A stretch of 63,891 nt of DNA, counting the filler, from Kipferlia bialata (lineage: Eukaryota), in NCBI GenBank assembly GCA_003568945.1. It is 4 parts of 4 records of this genome, joined end to end, with 100 filler letters (N's around TTAATTAATTAA, not from the genome) between each part and the next. Parts side by side here need not be neighbours in the genome. Positions count along the whole stretch, not along the records: positions 48,016 to 63,891 come from BDIP01000655.1; 3 more parts are not named here. The stretch is one strand, 5' to 3'. Every line of letters begins with the position of its first letter. Position 1 is the first letter of the stretch. Shown piece after piece: positions 54,290 through 63,891 of this stretch. Both the position numbers and the translations under genes were made by a program. Under the pieces are notes generated by a model. It was given only the letters and a program-made list of their open reading frames with translations, did no database searches and was not told where the DNA came from.

Positions 54290-55134
54290 GCCCCTAATTC
54301 CATAGGCTCCTTCTTTGGCCAGACTGTGGCTGCCAGTGGAGAGTGGGCTATAGTACAGGTATTTACACACATATATATGTATAGATATATATATAGAGAG
54401 AGAGAGAGAAAGAGAGACTGTGGCTGCCGATGGAGACTGAGCTATAGTGCAGGTATATATGATCACCGTATATGTATATATACTATATGACAGTAAGAGA
54501 GAGAGAGAGAGAATGGGATTGTGGGCAGTGAGTGCGGGTATTATACACTATATCGATTAATACTTGTGTATATATCTCCCTCTCTCCCTATATATGTACA
54601 TGTATATCTGCTGTCACCTTACACCCAGGCCCAGAAGGAGCCGCGATCAATAATTATGTATATGTATATATATATATATTCATTTGTAAATTCATTGTAC
54701 TGTCAACCTATGTATTAATATCTCTATCTATATCGACCCTTACACCCAGGCCCAGAAGGAGGCCCGCCCAGTTATTATGAATATTATATATACGTATATA
54801 TATATGAATTGACTAATATATCTCTATCTATATACCTCTACATATATACTCTCATATCAGGCCCAGAAAGAGCCCCGCTCTTCAGATGACAGCACTGCCG
54901 TAGGTACTGCTTCTCTCTCCCCCTCTCTCCCTCTCCCTCTGTTTTCTCCTCGATGTATATATATATATAAGTGTGTTGCAATGTCCTGCTTGTAGGCACT
55001 CAGATGACAGCACTGCCGTAGGTATTGCTACTCTCCCTCCCTCTCCCTCCCTCTCTCACACCATTATTTCATGTACTTCTTCCTCTCCTCTGTCCTCACA
55101 ACACCGCAACACACACTCTCTGTCTCTGTCCCTT

Positions 55135-55169
<35 letters not shown>

Positions 55170-55207
55170 ACGCCCTTATTGTAGGCGCTGCCTTCATGTA
55201 CCACCAG

Positions 55208-55260
<53 letters not shown>

Positions 55261-58200
55261 ACACCCTTATTGTAGGCGCTGCCTTCATGTACCACCAGGA
55301 CTCCCTTGGCCAGTGGGTCTATGACAGGTATGTATACATTTGTCTATATATAATATATGTAATACATATATATAGCGTATTCTATTCAGAGTGTATGTAT
55401 ACACCAGGGCTCCCTAGGCCAGTGGGTCTATGACAGGTGCAGATAGTGTGCATAGTAAGTATGGTATATATACACCATATATACATATAGACCTCTCACC
55501 TCAGCCATCTGCCTGTCCCCGATGCAGATACAGCTCTCTCTCTCCATATATATACTCTCCATACACACACATATATAGAGTATATATACCTTTATACCAT
55601 TAATATCTCACCTCTAAGCCGTCTCCCGGTGCCAGATGCAGAGACCAAGCACATTGGGTACAACATGGCAATAGGTATATACATCTCACACATAGGTATA
55701 TATATCACCCCCCCTCTCTCTCCCTCTAGACCCTTATTCCAGATGGTGACTGGTACTGTTGCTGCTTCTCTCTCTCTCTCTCTCCCTCTAGACCCCTAAT
55801 ACAGACGGAGAGTGGTGTGCTGTTGCTGGTCACAACACCAAGGATCTGTGCAGCTATGTATATCTGTTCCACCTAGAGAATGGCGTATGGACACTGGTGA
55901 GTTAACTCTCTATGCGTATAGTAAACACTATTTCGTCACTTCTATATATATATCATATATATAGTGCTGTCTCTCTAGCTGAATCTCTCCTGGATAGTGT
56001 AACACCCTTCCCTTCCTGGACAGTCATGACTCCCTCACTCCCTCCCTCTCTCTCTCTCTCTCTCTCTTATCAGTAGATTGACACCCTCCCCTCCCCTGGC
56101 CCCCAGGACAGTGATCTCTCTCTCTCTCTCTCTCTCCCTATATATATACAAATATATATATATAAGGCTGACACTTAGATGGACACCCTTCCCTCCCCTG
56201 GACCCCAAGACAGTCAGGGACAGGCAGTGGCAATGGGGGGTATGCTACACTATGCTACACTATTGTATACACATATATATATATTGAATACAATGAGTAT
56301 ATATATATCCATACTATACCTAGGACAGTCAGGGACAGGCAGTGGCAATGGGGGGTGAGATACCCACATAGTATATAATATATATAGTATACTACATTAG
56401 TATGTATATATATATATATATTGCCATATTGTAACCCAGGACAGTCAGGGACAAGCAGTGGCCATGGGGGGTACGATCAGAGATACCATACTATATATAG
56501 TATATAGTATTACATTAGTATATATATCCGTACTATACCTAGGACAGTCAGGGACAGGCAGTGGCAATGGGGNNNNATATATCCGTACTATACCTAGGAC
56601 AGTCAGGGACAGGCAGTGGCAATGGGGGGTAAGGGCATATACATACCATACTACATATATAGTATATAGTATACTATGTATATATATCCGTACTATACCC
56701 AACACAGTCAGGGACAGTGGCCATGGGGGGTGAGATACACATATATACTATACATGTTATGGTATTACATATGTATATAGTATATAGTGTATAGTATACT
56801 ACATAAGTATATATAATCATACTGTACCTAGGACAGTCAGGGACAGGCAGTGGCCATGGGGGGTATGCTACTATTGTATATGTATAGTATATATATGTGT
56901 GTGTGTATCTAGTATATATAGTATATATAGGGACAGACAGTGGCAATGGGGGGTGAGACACACACTCGCTGTACACATTCCTCTATACATACATTATCAT
57001 GTTGGTGCTGTATTTACTAGGCCTAGTATCACATTGTACATTGTAAGGAATACTAGTGATAGGGTACGTAGTAGAAATATGAATGAATAGATATATGTAC
57101 ACGTACTGACTTCTAACTGTAGGCGGTGTGCTAGTTATTGGGTACCCAGACTCACATGAGTACGAGGGAGAGGCGGTGGTGTACAGGTAATCATTACATG
57201 TATACATATACATATACTATATATATACAAGTGTATATACGTATATATACCTGTATATTAGTCACATGAGTACGAGGGAGAGGCAGTGGTGTACAGGTAT
57301 CGGTATTGAGTGTGTGATATACCAGAATGTGTCTTGTATTCACCCCAGACTGTTCCATGGCCAGTACTATCATCCTCTCAGACTTTAGCCATTCGTATAG
57401 TTAATAATCTAGATTCTTGTTCACCATAGACTGTTCCATGGCCAGTACTACCTTGAGGCCACTCTCGTAGGAGCAGACTACATGTTTGCGGCAGGTTATT
57501 AGTCTATTACACATCTACACTATATGTATAGTATACATTGTACACACACACATATATATATATAGTTGTTGTGTCCATGAGTATATACTCTTCTATGTAT
57601 ATATATATATGTATCTCTAGAGGCCACTGTAGTAGGTACAGACTACATGTTTGTAGCAGGTTAGGAGGATACTCTAGCCCTACCGTAAATGTGCTAGGTC
57701 CATATCTGTCAATATAGTATCGATATGCGGTGACCCATAGTGGTAGGCGTATCAGTATAGTCAGTATGTACATAGTGGTAGTTGTAGACTTCCACCATCT
57801 CTCTGATATAGTGCCCTTGTGTTGGTATTAGTAAATCAATGCACTTCCCTCTAACCCTACAGACAATGGAGACTCTGTGGCTATCTCAGCCGATGGGTCT
57901 AGGATAGCCATGGGCTCACTCAACGCGTACGTACCATACTGATTCATATATAGACTACTAATGTAATGACTATGGTATATATACTTGTATTTGTCTATAT
58001 ACTAATAGTATATTGGATTGGGCCATGGGGTCGTTCAACGCGTACGTGCCGTGGTCAATATTTAAAATAATGGAATGACTATACTAACTGACTAACCTAC
58101 TTACTAACGTGACTGGATGGCGACCAGTCGGCAGACCACTTGGTTCATATTTGCCACTCAACAATCATTCGTATACCAATTCTGAATAATGAAGCTACCA

Positions 58201-58233
<33 letters not shown>

Positions 58234-58821
58234 GACATAAGGGGCCAGGTCAATGTGTTTGACTATGACCATCTGACAGCTGAGTGGACACTGACCCAGA
58301 CAGTGGCAGGTATTCATATGCATATATATATATATATATATATTTACTTTATATCTATATAGTATATATAGTCCTATATGTATATATACACTGAAGTGGG
58401 CACTGACCCAGACAGGGGCAGGTATATATATGTATCTGTATATGTATATATATATATCTTATACAGTGGCAGGTATACAGTATATGTATATATATGTTTA
58501 TATATATATATATATATATATTTATATACTTATACAGTGGCAGGTATAGGAAGATATTGTGTAAGTATTGTAGAGACTGATACTATATATACACATATAC
58601 ACATATATATTCTGAGTGGACACTGTCCTAGACAGTGGCAGGTGTGCAGAGTGTATACACTATATACATATACATACATGTACTACCTCAGACAGTGGAA
58701 GGTATGGAAAGAACGATCCCTCTCTCCCCACCGCTGTCTCCCATCTCATCCCCAGCCACCTGTTGGGACGGTCTCTCTCTCTCTCTCTCACTGCCTTCTC
58801 TTCCCCAGCCACCTGTTGGGA

Positions 58822-58860
<39 letters not shown>

Positions 58861-61293
58861 CCTTCTCATCCCCAGCCACCTGTTGGGACGGTGTCTCCCT
58901 GTCTCTCAGTGGAGATGGCTCTACTCTAGCCGTAGGTATGGTGATACAATGGGCATTGTTTGGATAGGTATACATTATAGATATACACTTACACAGGATG
59001 CCCCACCTACAGTGGAGTATAGTAATACTATATGTATAGTATAATGGTATATGTATATCTATATAATTAGACAGATACTAACTCTAGGATGCCCCACCTA
59101 CAGTGGGGTATAGTAATACTATATATGTAGTATAATGGTATATGTATATCTATATATATATATAATTAGACAGATATTAACTCTAGGCTGCACCACATAT
59201 AGTGGGGTGGAGTAATACTATATATGTAGTATATTTCTATATACTAATTCTTCCTATACTGGTGTATGGGTACACCCTAACTATAGGATGCCCCACCTAC
59301 AGTGGGGTTTAGTGACAATATATATATATGTATATCATAGTATCAGTGTCAGTGTCAGTACACAACAGTACAGAATTCTGATACTAACTATAGGATGCCC
59401 CACCTACAGTGCAGTGGAGGATACTGCCGGACAGGTGGAAGTGTTCACAGAGGGACAAGACGGGTGAGTGAATATGAATGTTCACCGCTTCTATATCGCT
59501 TTTACACCGGTATTACATCGCTTTTACATGTGGTGACCGTATATTATTTCAGAGGTGTGTAAGGGGTTACAGATGTACATGACTGTCTACTATCGGCAGT
59601 CTCACCCTGTCTCAGTCCTTAGACAGTGTGTATTGTATAGTTATCAGTATCTCAGGTCCCTGGATGGAGGCAGTATCAGTATCATATATATTGTATATAA
59701 TATTCATCTCTCTCTCTATATAATTATTATATAATAGTATAGTGATATATACTTACACCAGTCTCACCCTCTCCCAGTCTCTGGATGGAGGCAGTGTGTA
59801 TTATACATTAATTTATGTATTCATATATATATTCATATATGGTTTACATATATATATATATATGTGTTAGTATATATTTACACCAGCCTCACTCTGTCCC
59901 AGTCTCTGGATGGAGGCAGTGTGTGGTATGCCACATTTGGGTACTCGCTAGGTATGGATAGTGGCATATAATATAATATACATTTTGTGTATATATAGAT
60001 GTGCTATTTGCCTTATAATATATATACATGGAGAGAGATAGGCAGTGTGTGGTATGCAACATTTGGGTACTCGATAGGTAAATTGAATACCTGTGTATGT
60101 ACACATAAGTTTTACATTCATTGTCTAAATATCCCACTAGGTAGTTCGTGAACGTGTATATACATAAATACTCTATACACTCAGTATCTATATGTATCTG
60201 TCAGTGACCCGTGTTGACCTACTTTGACCTGCATTGACCTATCGTGACCTATCTCGATTCATCTTGACCTATCTTGACCTCAGACATGTCCAGTGATGGA
60301 GATACACTGGTTGTAGGGGCAACATTAGACGACAGGTGAGTGTATGCGTTCATTATTCCGTGGTCAATGTCGAGAGTCTATATACTTTGGTACGTCCATA
60401 CTAGGGCCTAGTATCGCCTTTCATGTCTGTGTTATTGCCCACTACGCTTCGAAATGTCATTGTGCTAAACCTTATGCTAAGGAATAGCATATTGTTTATA
60501 TATAGTGTCATTGTGCTAAACGTTATGCAAAAGAATAGCATAGTGTATATATATACGTACACATATAGCGTATTTTTGTACTATCTCCAATATTTATATA
60601 TAATATCTATGTATATATCCATGTATATATGCAAATATTCTAACGCCAGCGTCTATGTGTACACTCTTGCCGGGGGCCTGTACATATTAGCAGACTGGGA
60701 GACCACAACTGACGACTCAATGCTAGGTGTGCATATATTTGTATATCTATATTTGTATATATATCTTTGTTAACATGCATACTATATATAATGTATTTAC
60801 TGACACACTGTTGCCCTCAGGTATTCTCACTCTCCTTCTCTCTATATCTATATCAGACGACTCAATGCTAGTTGCTCTTCCCCTGAAGTGTTTTCTATCT
60901 CATTCTCTCTCTCTCCACACCCTGACACTCGGCCATTCTCTCTACACCATAACCTTAGGCCACACTGTTGCTCTAGGGGGTGCTGGTGAGGATGTTGCCC
61001 TCGTTGGAATGGCCAACACCAGCAACGCGAGGGGGAAGGTGGGCTTACATATATACATGCACATATATGTGCGTATGATGTATTCTCATGTACAAAGTAC
61101 GCTTGGGGAATGGTAGTTCTATATATCCTCGCGAGGTGGCAGCACTATTATCAATAATAGGAATTGGAGTGTTGCTAAGTTGTCTATTTCTTCCCTATAT
61201 TACTTGTGACAGTATATGGTAGTGATACTGACATACTATGAGTGTCAGTACACTTATCCGTAGGTCGGTGTCCTGGATCTGACACTTCTATAG
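53662..61293 (+). CDS. Secreted FG-GAP-repeat-like beta-propeller protein
   Basis: Signal-peptide-like MRLCLLATLCCVSLCMCSVWS. Blades GSFFGQTVAASGEWAIVQA, GAAFMYHQ, IGYNMAIDGEWCAVAG, GDSVAISADGSRIAMGS, SLSLSGDGSTLAVG, FGYSLDMSSDGDTLVVGA and LGHTVALGG. Ends VGVLDLTLL, stop TAG 61291-61293. Confidence 0.8.
56209..56955 (+). repeat. Array of ~8 copies of an exon 3' end plus donor (GACAGTCAGGGACAGGCAGTGGCAATGGGG|GT) separated by TA-rich spacers
   Basis: Copies near 56209, 56323, 56440, 56543, 56597, 56703, 56832 and 56931. Confidence 0.9.
58994..59411 (+). repeat. Array of 5 copies of acceptor plus exon 5' start (YAG|GATGCCCCACCTACAGTG)
   Basis: Copies near 58997, 59087, 59187, 59287 and 59394; only the last continues as a full exon. 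Confidence 0.9.
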
Positions 61294-61827
61294 GAGGACC
61301 TTGGTGTTCTTAGGCGCTAATGTGGTCAGTCCCATTGGACATTGATGGAAGTTCTACCAGTGGCACAAGGCTCTACCACCGTTGACGGCGAGAAATCAGT
61401 GAGTAAGGTGTATGAATAGAACAAGAACTGTATTGACTTCCATTGGAAGTTCCTGTATGGATGGATTCGGTCTGACTTTGTAATGTATTTGTCTATTATA
61501 AATGTCTTATGTGTTATCTGGGGAGTTGTTAATCAGTGCCTGACAAGTTTAGCTCCAGAAACTCTTAGGATCTCTTGGTCGTGGCTATAACAGAGCTAAC
61601 GGCAGGTATAGCAAGAGTTACACTGTGAGCAAAGAGAGCAGAGGCCAAGACAAACAATGGTCTGCCTGCTTCGGAGACAAATTGTGTCACACCATCACTA
61701 TCATCAGGTTGTCAAGACTGGAAACGAGTCGAGCCCATCCGAACCCTTCTCCCACGTGTCCCTAACTCTTTTCAAGTAGAGGCTGGTTGGACAAATAAGC
61801 AGTCCGATCATCATTATTGGGTTCCAG

Positions 61828-62490
61828 ATGAATGCTAGCACAGCTGAGAAGTTCAATAGGATGGTCACGGACAGAGAGCACCTGAACCCTTTATTGTCAA
61901 AAAGAGATTTTCTATATAATGACAATGGACATTTCGTGCCTTCATACAGGCTTCCTTCGTTCACGATGGCACCCCACTTGCCAACCGAGTGTGAGTATTG
62001 CGGTGAGTTTACTCACACCCAGCCCCGGTGCCACTACTTCGTGTCGCCTTCAGAGGACCCGTCGGCCCCTGGCATGGGAGTCAGCCGGTCTGAGTTGCGG
62101 TGCAACATCTGCTACGCACCCCTTGAGTCGGGTCTGAGCTCTCTCCAGAAGGGGCACGCCACAAATCTATACCGGAAGTGGCAAGAGGGGGATGCCGATA
62201 TGGCAGAGGAGCTCCTCGCATACTACCAAAAGACCCATGTGGAGTGGTGCCAGGGAGAGACTGCCGGAATGGTGGCCAGAGTGAGGGCAGACGCCCAGTA
62301 CCGGGTCGCTGCGGGTTTCCCACCTGTGGATTACCCGACAGGCCCTGGTGGGGCAGTATATCTGCCGTACACCCCTGGAGAGGAGGGGGAGGTCACCATG
62401 GAGATGTTTAACAAGTTGGTGGGCAAAATAGAGAACATAGCACACCAGCTGGATGCTCTCACCCGGAGCACTGCACCGGAGCCACTCTGA
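61828..62490 (+). CDS. Intronless 220-aa ORF with a CCHC zinc knuckle, a second CxxC and a C-terminal coiled coil
   Basis: CEYCGEFTHTQPRC (C-x2-C-x4-H-x4-C, 61990-62031), RCNICY and MFNKLVGKIENIAHQLDAL, in 663 nt free of microsatellites. Confidence 0.65.
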   Translation: MNASTAEKFNRMVTDREHLNPLLSKRDFLYNDNGHFVPSYRLPSFTMAPHLPTECEYCGEFTHTQPRCHYFVSPSEDPSAPGMGVSRSELRCNICYAPLESGLSSLQKGHATNLYRKWQEGDADMAEELLAYYQKTHVEWCQGETAGMVARVRADAQYRVAAGFPPVDYPTGPGGAVYLPYTPGEEGEVTMEMFNKLVGKIENIAHQLDALTRSTAPEPL

Positions 62491-62814
62491 GTGATCTGTC
62501 AGACTATGGTGTGGGCTTGCATCAGTAGTCGTGATGAGATCTAGTGTGTGATACATGAGTTGAGATAGAGAGAGAGAGAGAGATAGAGATAGATGGCTAT
62601 GCGAGCAGAGTGCATCGTTACACTGTTTCCCTTTTCATAGCCACCCCCCCACATATACATGCTGGCTACACCTGGAGGAAGGATTTACCATTATTGTCCA
62701 CTCTTTGCAGTGCAAAGTGCAAATTGCACTTCTCTGTACCTGATACTTGTGTATATGCAACCATACGGATTGGGCTCGCGTTCAAGAATTGTGCCCCCCC
62801 CCCCCTGAACACAG

Positions 62815-62975
62815 GAAATGCACTGCTGCTGACATCTCCCAGACCCCCCTGAGGCACAGGTCTTTCTCTCTCTCTCTCTCAGTACCTGCAACACATACTC
62901 TCAGATATTGCAACCCTGTCTCTCAGATGTCCAGTGTTCTCTCTCACTCACACACACACACTCATACATGCATGC

Positions 62976-63011
<36 letters not shown>

Positions 63012-63732
63012 CCCCCCCTTCTAACCCTCAGGTCGATGCCACTGTGTACATCCATGTCGGATCAGACAAGGCCAGGGGCAATGAGACAAACTCTGAGATG
63101 TCGATAGAGTCTAGCCTATCAGCCCTGTCCCTACAGGTAATGTCTCTCTCTCTCTCTCTCTTTCTCTCTCTCCCTCTACACCCCTATATCAGCACTCCAG
63201 TGGCATGGTGCACATCTCTCTCTCTCTCTCCCTCCCTCTACCCCCTTATATCAGCACTCCAGTGGTATGGTCCATCTGTCCCACCTCAAGGCCCTGGGCA
63301 GTGTCACAGGCCTAGGGGGACAGCCCCAGGCACACATACCAGGTATACACTAATACTCTTTGACCTGCTCTAAACTCGACTAACATCCAGGTATTCCTCA
63401 CACTTATATGTATTTATTACATGCTGAGTGTATATATACATTTTTCATATATGCGGAGGGGGACAGCCCCAGGCACACGTACCATGTATATATCACCTGT
63501 ATGTGATACTTCCATACTATTATTTATCTCTGCATTGTCACAGGACTTGTATCAGATTCTCTCTTTGCTCCGTGTTGCTTGGTAGTTCCTGCTCTCTCTT
63601 TCTCTCTCTCTCCGCCCCCTATACTCACCCCCAGTGCTACTAGGCAGCAGGCGTCTAGGCAATGTCACCCTGGACGATAGAGTGGGTGCAGACCACTGGA
63701 TCAGTATCGGAGCATACTTCGAGATCCTCTAG
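62815..63732 (+). CDS. 3' part of a hypothetical multi-exon gene
   Basis: In-phase exons VDATVYIHVGSDKARG...LSLQ | HSSGMVHLSHLKALG...AHIP | VLLGSRRLGNVTLDDRVGADHWISIGAYFEIL, stop TAG 63730-63732. The 5' end is unclear. Confidence 0.55.
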
Positions 63733-63744
63733 ATCCCTTTATGG

Positions 63745-63787
<43 letters not shown>

Positions 63788-63891
63788 CTCTTTGCACTAT
63801 GTTGCCATGCACTCTATTGAGTTAGAAGTTGATTTGGAGAGAGAGAGAGAGACTTTTGAGTTTGTACTCAGAAGAGACACCGTTTCCGGTT

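Noticed and set aside
56209..56955. CRISPR-like repeat-spacer appearance (also 58994-59411, 37585-37825, 38322-38570)
   Set aside because: The repeats are copies of the adjacent exon edge, the spacers are low-complexity and variable in length, there are no cas genes, and the context is eukaryotic.
498..63732. Alternative genetic code (TAA/TAG = Gln, as in hexamitid diplomonads)
   Set aside because: TAA, TAG and TGA all terminate the assembled genes, the Gln-rich exons use CAG, and no in-frame TAR was needed in the exons I traced.

Overview
Intron-rich eukaryotic DNA with short GT-AG introns, (TA)n/(CT)n microsatellites and a branch point fused to the 3' splice site (CT[A/C/G]AC-CCCYAG). The style suggests a free-living fornicate such as Kipferlia, which is an inference. 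The window is four unrelated ~15.9-kb scaffolds joined by artificial 100-nt N44-TTAATTAATTAA-N44 spacers (1-15920, 16021-31939, 32040-47915, 48016-63891), so most of the supplied ORF track is exon fragments or noise. Genes assembled by hand across introns: an alpha/beta hydrolase, a Kelch-repeat protein, a small membrane protein, a second propeller-like fragment, a TRAPP-like 3' fragment, coatomer beta (COPB), Dopey/DOP1, a Gln/Gly-rich fragment, an unknown gene, a giant MORN-repeat protein, a coiled-coil protein, an HGSNAT-like membrane acetyltransferase, a secreted FG-GAP-like propeller and an intronless CCHC zinc-knuckle ORF. The most striking unexplained signal is a window-wide set of truncated 'exon echoes'. 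These are intronic copies of the adjacent exon end plus its splice site, and they differ from the real exon mostly by synonymous substitutions even though they usually lack the second splice site. Also notable: an intergenic tract of chained snap-back palindromes, tRNA T-arm fragments in three introns of one gene, probable chimeric joins at G/C homopolymers, and one apparent GT-AT intron. All exon boundaries were read by eye and are approximate.
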